From contig CAWAOD010000011.1 in the NCBI GenBank assembly GCA_963783575.1, forward strand, positions 192,001-256,000: DNA of 64,000 nucleotides. The letters run 5' to 3'. The notes under the pieces are model-generated. The model was not told where the DNA came from. It saw only the letters and a program-made list of their open reading frames with translations, and made no database searches. This DNA is from an uncultured Spirochaetota bacterium. GTDB taxonomy: Bacteria; Spirochaetota; Brevinematia; Brevinematales; JAOACQ01. The position numbers were made by a program, and so were the translations under genes. Shown here piece after piece: positions 54,156 through 64,000 of the stretch (its first letter is position 1; every line of letters begins with the position of its first letter).

Positions 54156-55433
54156 ATGAAAATACTGAAGTATTCCGAATTAAAAAACTACAGGAGAAAT
54201 TTATCCGAAATCGATGACAAATATTTCAATACTGCCGCAGAGATCATTGGAAATGTCAGAAAAAACGGCGATAAAGTGCTTGTCGAATACGCGCGCAAAT
54301 ACGACAGGGTTCAACCGGAAAATTTTTCACTTTTTGTCACGGATGAGGAAAGAGAAAAAGCCGCCGATATTGTAAAAAAGGAGTATAAAGATATATTTGA
54401 ATATTTCATAAACGCCTCCTCGAATATCAGGGAATATCACCGGAGGCAGAAGGAGGAATCCTGGTTTTATACAAAAGAAGGGAATTTATACGGACAGATG
54501 GTCAAGCCACTTGAAAAAGTTGGTGTATACGTGCCCGGCGGAAGGGCTTTTTATCCATCCACGGTTCTGATGAATATAATCCCTGCTAAAATAGCCGGGG
54601 TCAAAGAAATCACCCTTTCAACCCCGCCGGACGAGAAAGGCGGGTGTAATCCCTTCCTGATCGCTCTTGCGGACAGCCTTGGAGCCGATAAAATACTGAA
54701 AGCCGGCGGTGCGCAGGCGATAGCGGCGCTTGCGTTCGGAACTGAAACGATAGAACCTGTCTCAAAAATCACAGGTCCGGGAAATATTTATGTGGCGGCC
54801 GCGAAAAGGCTTGTTATGGGGCAGGTTGGGATAGATTCCATTGCCGGGCCAAGCGAAGTAGTAGTTTTCGCAGACGATTCGGCTGAACCGGACTGGTTAG
54901 CCGCTGATTTATGCGCTCAGGCCGAGCACGACAGCGATGCCACGGCGATTTTGATCTCAAATTCAAAGGATTTGATTGCAAAAGTCAATGATGAATTGAA
55001 TAAAATGATCCCCCAATTAACCAGGAAAGAAATTATAGAAAAATCCATTAATGAAAACGCGATGGCCGTTATTACCGATGATTATGACCAGGGATTCGAG
55101 CTTATAAACCGCCTGGCTCCCGAGCATGCTGAAATTCAGATTAACGTAGATACAAAAGAAATCCTTGGGAAAATATACAATGCCGGGGCCCTGTTCATAG
55201 GAAGATGGACGCCGGTTGCCGCAGGCGATTATTACGCAGGCACCAACCATGTCCTTCCGACATATGGAACGGCCGTCTTTTCCTCGCCGCTTGGAGTCTA
55301 TGATTTTATAAAAAGAACCAGCTTTTTATCATTATCGGAAAATTATATCAAAGCAAAAGGCCCTGAAATTGAAAAAATGGCCGAGTTTGAGAATTTAACC
55401 GCCCATGCGCTATCGGTTAAAAAGAGACTTTAA
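54156..55433 (+). CDS. hisD: Histidinol dehydrogenase
   Basis: VGVYVPGG, GGAQAIAALA.GT, GPGNIYV, IAGPSE, QAEHD, APEH, GTNHVLPT. Confidence 0.97.
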   Translation: MKILKYSELKNYRRNLSEIDDKYFNTAAEIIGNVRKNGDKVLVEYARKYDRVQPENFSLFVTDEEREKAADIVKKEYKDIFEYFINASSNIREYHRRQKEESWFYTKEGNLYGQMVKPLEKVGVYVPGGRAFYPSTVLMNIIPAKIAGVKEITLSTPPDEKGGCNPFLIALADSLGADKILKAGGAQAIAALAFGTETIEPVSKITGPGNIYVAAAKRLVMGQVGIDSIAGPSEVVVFADDSAEPDWLAADLCAQAEHDSDATAILISNSKDLIAKVNDELNKMIPQLTRKEIIEKSINENAMAVITDDYDQGFELINRLAPEHAEIQINVDTKEILGKIYNAGALFIGRWTPVAAGDYYAGTNHVLPTYGTAVFSSPLGVYDFIKRTSFLSLSENYIKAKGPEIEKMAEFENLTAHALSVKKRL

Positions 55434-55604
55434 AATAAGTTACACTTATAGGGACGCGCAAAAGCCAGATTTAAAGACGGGTGTTCCAATAAGTCTCTCC
55501 AGGCAACATAAAGATACTGTTGAACGCTAGTTTGCCAAGCAGCAGGATGTTGGACAGTTCGGCAAGCCCAAACACAATGGGCACAAGAGCCTGCCCTGAG
55601 CTTG

Positions 55605-57295
55605 CAGACTGTGTGAAAACACAGTAAATATGCTATAATTATTAGAACAAAAATAATCGGAGTAAGAGATGAAGCATATTGAGGGAGAATCAAGGGATCA
55701 GATAGTTCTGTTCAATGAAACACTGGAAGATCTGTTAGGAGAAGAAGATCCGGTAAGGTTTATAGATATTTTTGTTGATAAGCTAAATATGAAAGGAGTT
55801 GGTTTTAAAGTAAAAGAAGCATCAACCGGCAGAAGTTCATATAAATCCGAAATACTTTTAAAAATCTATATTTACGGATATTTGAATAAAATCAGGACAA
55901 GCAGGAAATTAGAGAGAGAGTGCCGAAGAAACACAGAGTTGATGTGGCTGACTGGACGACTAGCGCCGGATTTCAAGACGATTGCCGACTTCAGGAAAGA
56001 TAATAAGAAGGGAATACAGTCGATATTCAGAGAATTTTTGAAGATATGTCATAAAGCCGGGCTTTTATCATTTGACGTTGTTGGAATTGATGGAACCAAG
56101 ATCAGTGCGCAAAACCACAATAACAATGTTTATCATAGGAAAAACATAGAAGAAATCATACATAGAATAGATCAAAAGATCGAAGAATATTTGAATGAGA
56201 TGGATAAGAACGATAAGGAAGAAAAGAATGAATTTGAATTTCTTTCCGGAAAGATAGCGGAACGTTTAAAGAAAATGAAAACAAAAAAGGATAAAGTTGA
56301 GGCTATTAAAAAGATTTTTGAGGGAAATCCTGAAATGGAGAAATATTATTCAAATGACCCGGAAAGCCGGTTTATGAATGATAAAGGGAAATCCGACATT
56401 GCATATAATCTGCAGATGGCAGTAGATGATGCTAATAAACTGATTGTGGCGATTGATGTGACGAATGAAAACAATGATATCAAACAGATGGCAGGAATGT
56501 GTGACCGAGTAGAAGAAATAAAGGACGAGCTTAAGGTAGAGACTGAAACGGTCAAAGTATCGGATGCCGGTTATTACAGCGAACCGCAGATACTGGAATG
56601 TATAGATAAGGGACATAACGTATATATGCCGAATCCGGATGACGGACATAAGGCAAGGATTCGAGGCAAAGAAGATAATAAAGGAGTACCTGCTGAAGAA
56701 TACCAGGTTGATAAATTCAAATATGATCCGGGACAAAATGTTTATTATTGTCCGGAGGGAAACCCATTAGTGAGAAATGGGAAAAAAGTAGAGAAGGTCA
56801 ATGGAGGAAAAGAGATAGTCAGGTACAAGTGCGGCTTATGCAGCCAATGTGAAGTAAGAAATAAGTGTACTGAAAGCGTGGAAGGACGAAGTATCAAAGT
56901 ACCAGTTAGAAAAGAAGAAATTGAGAACTTCAAGAGGAAAATTCGTTCTGAAGCCGGGAAAAAGATCATAGAGAAAAGGAAAGAGATATGTGAACATCCA
57001 TTTGGATCGATAAAAAGGAATATGGGTTACAGTTATTTTTTAATGAAGGGAAAGGATGGCGTTCTGACGGAATCCAGTTTGGCAGGATTCATTCATAATT
57101 TAATAAAAGTATTGAATATATTGGGAATAAAGAGACTTATGACTCTGGTTTGATGCTAATAAACCATCGTTTATCGTTTTCGGATAGATTTTTTAAACTA
57201 AGATTTTTTTAGCTTGAAAAATATATCAAAAAATGGAGTTTTTGTATAATTAATCGATTTTACTATAAAATTTTACTGAGTTTTCACACAGTCTG
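55605..57295 (+). mobile_element. IS1182-family insertion sequence (type B), copy 1
   Basis: 16-bp terminal IR CAGACTGTGTGAAAAC / GTTTTCACACAGTCTG; 3-bp direct repeat TTG. Confidence 0.9.
55669..57153 (+). CDS. IS1182-family DDE transposase
   Basis: LLKIYIYGYLN.IRTSRKLEREC, PDFKTIADFRKDN, IDGTK, DAGYYS, EHPFGSIK. Confidence 0.95.
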   Translation: MKHIEGESRDQIVLFNETLEDLLGEEDPVRFIDIFVDKLNMKGVGFKVKEASTGRSSYKSEILLKIYIYGYLNKIRTSRKLERECRRNTELMWLTGRLAPDFKTIADFRKDNKKGIQSIFREFLKICHKAGLLSFDVVGIDGTKISAQNHNNNVYHRKNIEEIIHRIDQKIEEYLNEMDKNDKEEKNEFEFLSGKIAERLKKMKTKKDKVEAIKKIFEGNPEMEKYYSNDPESRFMNDKGKSDIAYNLQMAVDDANKLIVAIDVTNENNDIKQMAGMCDRVEEIKDELKVETETVKVSDAGYYSEPQILECIDKGHNVYMPNPDDGHKARIRGKEDNKGVPAEEYQVDKFKYDPGQNVYYCPEGNPLVRNGKKVEKVNGGKEIVRYKCGLCSQCEVRNKCTESVEGRSIKVPVRKEEIENFKRKIRSEAGKKIIEKRKEICEHPFGSIKRNMGYSYFLMKGKDGVLTESSLAGFIHNLIKVLNILGIKRLMTLV

Positions 57296-57340
57296 TTGCC
57301 GAAGGGATGTGCCATAAAATTTTCTGTTTAACAACAGAGA

Positions 57341-57378
57341 CAGCCGAACGCTAGTTCGGCAGCGACACGATGTCGCAG
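57341..57378. repeat. Double-hairpin repeat (also at 50035-50070; degenerate copy at ~55517-55552)
   Basis: GCCGAACGCTAGTTCGGCAGCGACACGATGTCGCAG versus GCCGAACGCTAGTTCGGTAGCAACACGATGTTGCAG. Confidence 0.8.
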
Positions 57379-57388
57379 GGCACGCTTG

Positions 57389-58238
57389 TTAACGCCAGAA
57401 CCCGGCTTCTTCCTCCAAGTCCTCGCCGGTTTTGATATTCGCCAGTTCTTTCATCGACTTCGGGATTTTTAAGAAGCTGTTCAAAGCGGCTTTTTTATTA
57501 AAAGCCTTCATCAACACCGCGCCTAAAAGTACTCCATCAAACCCGCATCTTGCTGTTTTAATTGCGTCCTCGCGGCTCCGGATGGACGAAAGGCTGATCT
57601 TAACTGTATCTTCGGGAATCAGGTAAACTTCTCTCAAAGAATGGTTCAAATCCTCCTCAAAAGTAAAAAGATTCCTGTTGTTAATACCTATTATCTTAGC
57701 GTCCAGCCCGACGGCCCTTTTGATATTTTCGGGGAGATGGGCTTCGACAATGCGCATGCAGGCCCTGCCGATATGTGTATTCATACAAATCAAACAGCAG
57801 CCTGTCGTCCAGGATATCTGTGATTAGGAGAACAGCGCTAGCCCCGGAAAGTTTTGCCAGATCGATCTGGATTTTGTCGATGACAAAATCTTTACACAGG
57901 AGCGGCGCTGAGACTGTTTTTGAAATATCGGTCAAAAATTCGAAACTGCCGCCGAAGAATTTCTCATCCGTTAATACCGAAATAGCGTCAGCGCCAACCT
58001 CATCATAAACTTTTGCTATCGCGAGGGGAGATTCATTCATATCCATCACTCCATGCGACGGCGACATCCTCTTAATTTCCGCTATGACTGACAAAAAATC
58101 CACTTTTTTAACCGCGTTCTCAAATGAAGGTACTTCATGGCCCGTTCCCGAGAATATATGCTCCCCATGAAGGTCTTTGAATTCCTTTACCTCGCGGCGT
58201 TTATTTTCCAGAATATCTTCCATCTTATTTTGATTCAT
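57389..58238 (-). CDS. trpC: Indole-3-glycerol phosphate synthase; frameshift at ~57760
   Basis: IAEIKRMSPS.G, AISVLTD.KFFGGS, LCKDF; IIGINNRNL.TF lies in the next frame. Confidence 0.9.
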
Positions 58239-58259
58239 TGCCAGCCTCCTTTACAATTT

Positions 58260-59876
58260 CTATGCCCGGTGGTTTGAAACTTCAACAAGTTTTTCCAGCG
58301 CCTGATATGCCTTGCCATTGTCAATAGCCTGTTCCGCCGATAAAAACGCCTGCCGCATATCCAGGTTCTTTGTGACATACAGGGTCAGGCCCGAGTTTAA
58401 GACAACCGCTTTCCTGGCATCACCCTTCTCTTCGCCTTTAAGAATTCTTTTTATCAAATCCGCGCTTTCCTGAGAACTTTCAACTTTGAGGTTCTTTATT
58501 TTGCCGTCCAGGCCGTAATCTTTCGCCTCAAGAACGGCATCGGTAATTTTCCCATCCCTGATGTCTTTCAAGTAAGTCTTCCCTTCGATGCTGGCCTCAT
58601 CAATGCCGGCATCGCCGTAAACCACAAGCGAATGTTTGTGGCCGAGACTGGCAAAAACAGGCGGTATCAATTCAAGGAGTTCCTTTGAATAAACTCCCAT
58701 CACATGATGCTTTACTCCCGCCGGGTTTACGATCGGCCCGAGGATATTGAAGATGGTCCTGACGCCTATTTCACGCCTTGAAGGCCCGACATGCTTCATC
58801 GCAGGATGAAACAGCGGTGCAAACATAAACCCGATGCCGGCTTTTTCAATGCATTCCTTTGCTTCTTCCCTGCTCAACTGAATATTAACGCCGAGTTTTT
58901 CAAGGACATCCGCCGATCCGCTCTTGCTGGTAACCGAACGGTTGCCATGCTTGGCGATATAAACGCCGCACCCTGCCGCAACAAAGGCGCTGGCCGTTGA
59001 AATATTGAATGTTCCGGATTTATCGCCGCCACTGCCGCAGGTATCTGCCATGGGATACAGAGCGGAGTCGATCTTTACGCAGGCATTGAACATTGATGCC
59101 GCGCTTCCTGAGATTTCCTCGGCTTTTTCTCCCTTCATACTCATTCCCATAAGATAGGCCCCGATCTGGGAAACCGTTGCATGGCCTTTCATTATGTAAT
59201 CCATCATTTCATGGGCTTCTTCCTGTTTTAAATCTTTTCTTTCAAAGACAATGTTGATAAAGGTTTTTATCCTTGCCGAAGTCCTGTCGCTCTGCTGTAT
59301 TTCTTTCTTTTTGGCGACAAGGTTTACAAAATTCTTGATAATAGCTTTTCCATCCTCGGTCAGGATCGATTCAGGATGGAACTGTATCCCATAAATATCC
59401 CTGCCCTTAACTTTCAAACCCATTATTTCCCCGTCATCGCTCTCTGCCGTGATTTCAAGATTTTCAGGCAGGTTTTCTTTTTTTGCCGCCAGAGAATGAT
59501 AGCGTATCCCGTTAAGCGGATTTTTTACTCCCTCAAACAAATCCTTCCCGTTATGATTGATAACCGAGGATTTGCCATGCAGGATATGCCCGGCGCCGAC
59601 AACTTCACCGCCGTAAGCGTAAGCTATTCCCTGGTGCCCGAGGCATACTCCTAATAGCGGAATATCATTGCAGTTTTTAATCAGGTCCATCGAAACCTTT
59701 GAATCTTCGGGCCTTCCCGGGCCTGGTGAAATGATGATTCCGTCCGGGTTCATCGCAAGGGCTTTGTCCAGAGTGATCTTATCATTCCGGAAAACCTTGA
59801 TGTCGCTGTAAAATTCCCCAACATACTGCACAATGTTGTAGATAAACGAGTCATAATTGTCGATTACTAAAATCAT
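58260..59876 (-). CDS. trpGD: Bifunctional anthranilate synthase component II / anthranilate phosphoribosyltransferase
   Basis: IDNYDSF, SPGPGRP, GVCLGHQ, QFHPES; DTCGSGGD, FNIST, KHGNRSVTSKSGSAD. Confidence 0.95.
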   Translation of the reverse strand: MILVIDNYDSFIYNIVQYVGEFYSDIKVFRNDKITLDKALAMNPDGIIISPGPGRPEDSKVSMDLIKNCNDIPLLGVCLGHQGIAYAYGGEVVGAGHILHGKSSVINHNGKDLFEGVKNPLNGIRYHSLAAKKENLPENLEITAESDDGEIMGLKVKGRDIYGIQFHPESILTEDGKAIIKNFVNLVAKKKEIQQSDRTSARIKTFINIVFERKDLKQEEAHEMMDYIMKGHATVSQIGAYLMGMSMKGEKAEEISGSAASMFNACVKIDSALYPMADTCGSGGDKSGTFNISTASAFVAAGCGVYIAKHGNRSVTSKSGSADVLEKLGVNIQLSREEAKECIEKAGIGFMFAPLFHPAMKHVGPSRREIGVRTIFNILGPIVNPAGVKHHVMGVYSKELLELIPPVFASLGHKHSLVVYGDAGIDEASIEGKTYLKDIRDGKITDAVLEAKDYGLDGKIKNLKVESSQESADLIKRILKGEEKGDARKAVVLNSGLTLYVTKNLDMRQAFLSAEQAIDNGKAYQALEKLVEVSNHRA

Positions 59877-59893
59877 ACCGCAACCTCCTTTTA

Positions 59894-60709
59894 TTATTTA
59901 TTGTTATGATTTACCTGTTTTATCTCAAAAATATAAAATTGAATCAGATGCCTTATATTAAAATTCTCCGGCGTAATTTTTTCCAGCAGCTTTTGATGCT
60001 CGTTATCGAATTTTTCGATTTTATCCTTTGCCAGTGAAGCGCCGATTCCCCTGGACGCTCTTATTCTTCCCCTCCATGATTCATAATTAAAAGGAATGTT
60101 CTCTTTATATTTATGAAATGATTTTAAGGAAAACTTCTCTTTTGACCAATTGGGCACAGGATTGACATTATCTGTAAAACCCCCGCCTTTCCAGTCAGGA
60201 TTATATTTTAAAATCAATTCTTCCGTTTTTTGCGCGATATTATCCTCTAATGGCAGCCAGATCAATGAACTGACCATTAACAACCCGTCTTTTCTCAATA
60301 ATCTGATTACTTCAGGAATTATTTTTTCTTTATCAAAATACATCCAGCACATACTCGCGGTTAAAGCATCAAAACTATGATCAGGCAGCATTGTACTTTC
60401 AGCGCTGCTTACTACAAATTTTATATTCAGTTTTTCTTTATCCGCCAGGCTCCTTGCCGCGGAAATCTGCTCCTCGGAAATATCCAGCGCCGTCACATTG
60501 GAACCCTGCCTGTTGAAAGGAATGGCCAGAGCTCCTGTCCCTGTCCCTATATCAAGAATTTCCTGGCCTCTTAAGCCGATTCCCAGCATTTGAAGCAATG
60601 AAAAAAAGTTTTCGGGATAACCTGGCCTGTACAAAAGATAATCTTTTGAAGTCAAACCCCAATCAAACTGTTTTCCGTTATCGATATTCTCTTTCATCTG
60701 CATATCCAA
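59894..60709 (-). CDS. Class I SAM-dependent methyltransferase
   Basis: Y..YRPGYP; ILDIGTGTG; ALDISEEQI. Confidence 0.88.
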   Translation of the reverse strand: MDMQMKENIDNGKQFDWGLTSKDYLLYRPGYPENFFSLLQMLGIGLRGQEILDIGTGTGALAIPFNRQGSNVTALDISEEQISAARSLADKEKLNIKFVVSSAESTMLPDHSFDALTASMCWMYFDKEKIIPEVIRLLRKDGLLMVSSLIWLPLEDNIAQKTEELILKYNPDWKGGGFTDNVNPVPNWSKEKFSLKSFHKYKENIPFNYESWRGRIRASRGIGASLAKDKIEKFDNEHQKLLEKITPENFNIRHLIQFYIFEIKQVNHNNK

Positions 60710-60815
60710 CCGCCATAACTTATAAATTATTATAAATTAGTGAAAACCTGTAGTGAGCCCTTTCGATTCCTCAGGGTCGAATCAATTCGTGAAATTCGTG
60801 GCAAATAATGTATAA

Positions 60816-61535
60816 CTAATGCCTAAAAATTCTCGCCAGATAGTCTCCTTCATTGTCCTTTACAATAATTTCACAATTCCAGCCGGATTTTTCCGTATAA
60901 TTTTTCAACGTATCGAAATCAATATAAAGCCAGTTGAATTCATTGCCCAGGATCTTTTTATATTCCAGTCTGTATTTAACTTCACCGGAATATTTTCCCG
61001 ACTCTTCATTCTTTTTTACATATTCAATATCAAGCGGGTCTTTTGAGATTCTTAAATCATAAGAATTCATTAATATAAGGCCTCCCGGCTTCAATAACGC
61101 ATCCATACGGTTTAAATAATGATTCAGATTATCAAGAGTACCCGCCATTCCTATATTCCTGCCCAAAAAGCAGACCGTATCGAACAGGCCGCCGTTGTAA
61201 TCAATAAAATCCTTACAGAGAACATTTTTCTGGCCCCTCTTTTTTAAAACATTGCAAATGTCCCTTGAAATATCAATAGCCAGGACATTGAAGCCTTTAC
61301 CCTGCAGAACCAGGCTATGCGCGCCGGCGCCCGCTCCAACAACCAGAATATTTCCATAGCAATAATCCAATGCCGGTTTTTCAGCCAAAAAATACTGTTC
61401 AGGACTTCTGAAATACATGCTGACTTCAGTATTTTCAACTTTGCCGTCATCCCTGTAAGTTGTATAAACGGCGTTTCTATTTCCATCGAAATAATCTTTT
61501 ATGGCTTTCCCTAAGGGTTTCATAGAGTCTGTCAT
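60816..61535 (-). CDS. Class I SAM-dependent methyltransferase
   Basis: LVVGAGAG.H; AIDIS; LKPGG. Confidence 0.85.
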   Translation of the reverse strand: MTDSMKPLGKAIKDYFDGNRNAVYTTYRDDGKVENTEVSMYFRSPEQYFLAEKPALDYCYGNILVVGAGAGAHSLVLQGKGFNVLAIDISRDICNVLKKRGQKNVLCKDFIDYNGGLFDTVCFLGRNIGMAGTLDNLNHYLNRMDALLKPGGLILMNSYDLRISKDPLDIEYVKKNEESGKYSGEVKYRLEYKKILGNEFNWLYIDFDTLKNYTEKSGWNCEIIVKDNEGDYLARIFRH

Positions 61536-61554
61536 ATCAACCTCAAATTAATCC

Positions 61555-62271
61555 TTATTTAATCGCGTAAAAACCGGCCTGCATATAGGAATACCAGAGA
61601 ATTTCAACTGTTTTAAAGCCGGCTTTTGTTAATATTTCCATGTGCTCAGGAACAGTTATCGGGAAAAATTCCTTATCGAGTCTGCTTAAATGTTTATTCG
61701 CCTCTTCGACGCTTTTTCCTTTTGAAACCTGAAAACTTTTCCAGTAATCCCTGCCGGTTTTTAAACCGGCTTCTGTAAACGGCCTTATATTCTCAAATGT
61801 AATAAATACCCCGCCAGTTCTCAATAATTCCCAGCAAACCCCAATTGCCGATTTTCTTTTTTCGGTAGAATAATAGTGGTGCGATTGTATCGCAGTAATT
61901 ACATCAATCCTGTCCATAGGAAGTCCTGACGGCGCAGGAATCAAACTGTCAGTACCTATGGGATCAAGAAAGGTTATAAGGTTTCGAGGTAAATGAAGAA
62001 GCTTATTTTTTGCTATCTCGAGCATTGAGGAAGAAGGATCGGCAAGAATAAACCTGGTTTTGCGGAACTCCATAGCAGCTTTCTCAACAAATGTCCCGGT
62101 TCCGCAGCCTGTATCCAGCCATAAACCGGGTTCCATTTCCATTGACTTAACCAGATTTATCGTTTCCTGATGAAATGCTTCGTAGTATGGAATTGTTTTC
62201 CTGACGTCACTGTCGTAAGCCGTTGATGTATGTGCCGTTGTATTATCTTTTTCAGAAGTTTTTTCATTCAT
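61555..62271 (-). CDS. Class I SAM-dependent methyltransferase (CmoA-like)
   Basis: YD..VRKTIPYY; WLDTGCGTG; DPSSSML; LRTGG. Confidence 0.88.
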   Translation of the reverse strand: MNEKTSEKDNTTAHTSTAYDSDVRKTIPYYEAFHQETINLVKSMEMEPGLWLDTGCGTGTFVEKAAMEFRKTRFILADPSSSMLEIAKNKLLHLPRNLITFLDPIGTDSLIPAPSGLPMDRIDVITAIQSHHYYSTEKRKSAIGVCWELLRTGGVFITFENIRPFTEAGLKTGRDYWKSFQVSKGKSVEEANKHLSRLDKEFFPITVPEHMEILTKAGFKTVEILWYSYMQAGFYAIK

Positions 62272-62296
62272 AAAAATTTACCCCTGTTTTATCAAA

Positions 62297-62974
62297 TTAA
62301 AAAATTCTAAGCATTTTATTTCCGTCTATCTGGAACTCATAAGGAACAATTGTAATCTCAACCGTTTTGCCTTCATTTTTAAATGTAGTGCGTATATTAT
62401 CAACATAAGACGACTCTATCCCGTTTACATTCAGTAAAGGAAAAATCCTCACTTCTTTCGCTACTCTCAGCATTTCCCTGACGGATTGAATATGGAAATC
62501 AAGAGATAAATTTTCTGCATGCAAAAACAAAAAATGAGAGCTTAAAGCAATATCGAATTCCTCATCCTTGAAAGGCAGAACCGGCAATTCGGCCGGAATA
62601 TACCTCCCCTCGGATTTTCCCTTTTCAAAATCCATTAAAAACTGACGCATTGCCCTCATCCTGGTTTTTCCCAATTCCTCAACCGACCTGATTTTTTCCC
62701 ATATAAATTTTTCCTGGTTTCTGTAAGTCTGGCTGATCACTTCCTCGTAAGTTTCATGAATCCTGTATTCAATATCATCAGCGTTCATACAATAAATCGG
62801 GTCTATAGATATGACATTGCAGCCTCTTAATGTCATTTCGGAATTAAAACCTGCGGGTCCGTCGCCGCATCCCAGGATCTTTTTATTAAAGTCATTATCC
62901 TTCAAATCGAACATACTGCAGTATTCTTCGAATGATCTTCCCCATGGTACAACATTTTTGTAATGGAATGCCAT
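62297..62974 (-). CDS. SAM-dependent methyltransferase
   Basis: WGRSFEEY..MF; ILGCGDGPAGF; LPFKDEEFDIALSSHFLF. Confidence 0.85.
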   Translation of the reverse strand: MAFHYKNVVPWGRSFEEYCSMFDLKDNDFNKKILGCGDGPAGFNSEMTLRGCNVISIDPIYCMNADDIEYRIHETYEEVISQTYRNQEKFIWEKIRSVEELGKTRMRAMRQFLMDFEKGKSEGRYIPAELPVLPFKDEEFDIALSSHFLFLHAENLSLDFHIQSVREMLRVAKEVRIFPLLNVNGIESSYVDNIRTTFKNEGKTVEITIVPYEFQIDGNKMLRIF

Positions 62975-62992
62975 ATTTTACTCCAGCCTGAA

Positions 62993-63295
62993 TTAATTTA
63001 TTCCTTTTATATTCATGGTTTCCTGCCTGATAAAACAATCTATAATAGTCCGGTATATTTTTTCGGCGATTTCCGGGTTCAAACCGTATTCAAGAGATTC
63101 TTCCCTCACTTTTTCCATCACAATTTTTACCCTGTCCGGCGCTTTAACCTCTTCGGAGTTTTTTTTAAATTCAGCCGCCTGAAAAACATATACGCTTCTT
63201 TCCGCTAAAAGCCGGATAATTTCTTTATCAATACCGTCGATTTTCTGCCTTATTTTATCCAGCGATCCGTATTCCGAAATCATGATCAAATTCAC
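62993..63295 (-). CDS. Chorismate mutase (AroQ) / isochorismate-pyruvate lyase-like protein
   Basis: SLDKIRQKIDGIDKEIIRLLAER...AAEFK....V.APDR. Confidence 0.88.
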   Translation of the reverse strand: MNLIMISEYGSLDKIRQKIDGIDKEIIRLLAERSVYVFQAAEFKKNSEEVKAPDRVKIVMEKVREESLEYGLNPEIAEKIYRTIIDCFIRQETMNIKGIN

Positions 63296-63321
63296 TCCTA
63301 TAATTGTCTGCCCTGAGCCTG

Positions 63322-64000
63322 CAGACTGTGTGAAAACTCAGTAAAATTTTATAGTAAAATCGATTAATTATACAAAAACTCCATTTTTTGATATATTTTT
63401 CAAGCTAAAAAAATCTTAGTTTAAAAAATCTATCCGAATACGATAAACGATGGTTTATTAGCATCAAACCAGAGTCATAAGTCTCTTTATTCCCAATATA
63501 TTCAATACTTTTATTAAATTATGAATGAATCCTGCCAAACTGGATTCCGTCAGAACGCCATCCTTTCCCTTCATTAAAAAATAACTGTAACCCATATTCC
63601 TTTTTATCGATCCAAATGGATGTTCACATATCTCTTTCCTTTTCTCTATGATCTTTTTCCCGGCTTCAGAACGAATTTTCCTCTTGAAGTTCTCAATTTC
63701 TTCTTTTCTAACTGGTACTTTGATACTTCGTCCTTCCACGCTTTCAGTACACTTATTTCTTACTTCACATTGGCTGTATAAGCCGCACTTGTACCTGACT
63801 ATCTCTTTTCCTCCATTGACCTTCTCTACTTTTTTCCCATTTCTCACTAATGGGTTTCCCTCCGGACAATAATAAACATTTTGTCCCGGATCATATTTGA
63901 ATTTATCAACCTGGTATTCTTCAGCAGGTACTCCTTTATTATCTTCTTTGCCTCGAATCCTTGCCTTATGTCCGTCATCCGGATTCGGCATATATACGTT
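63322..64000 (-). mobile_element. IS1182-family type B, copy 2 (3' part only; continues beyond window; transposase stop at 63464)
   Basis: Reverse complement of ~56617-57295 with two differences noticed; same terminal IR. Confidence 0.93.

Noticed and set aside
55430..55693. 87-aa minus-strand ORF
   Set aside because: Spans the IS end and repeats; no RBS or recognisable motif
59894..63295. Integron cassette array
   Set aside because: Most gaps are about 20 bp, too short for attC sites, and no integrase is visible

Overview
AT-rich bacterial chromosomal segment, most likely from a free-living spirochaete (inferred from lipobox-bearing surface proteins, tRNA-Arg(GCG), lptB and a PF49/ParZ-like protein). 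It holds housekeeping genes (GyrB/ParE, rpmB, ctpA-accD-lptB, mreBCD, hisD, trpGD-trpC) and four tRNAs. Accessory content includes a cluster of glycan-active lipoproteins, a GC-rich katG, two different IS1182-family elements (one present twice) and four tandem SAM methyltransferases inside a trp gene block. The most striking region is 42.1-50.1 kb, a defence island bracketed by two inverted copies of a structured MITE-like element showing compensatory base changes. The island carries a small ParZ/PF49-like DNA-binding gene flanked on both sides by the same 18-bp palindrome, a PHP-ATPase with altered metal ligands, an unknown ORF, and an m6A methylase paired with an EVE/PD-(D/E)XK nuclease. Two further non-coding signals stand out: a ~115-bp element duplicating the 3' end of both tRNA-Ser genes, and an IS1182 inserted twice at the same position of a REP-like repeat. 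At least seven genes are broken by single-base indels, probably long-read assembly errors. All family calls come from motif recognition by eye; no database searches were run.
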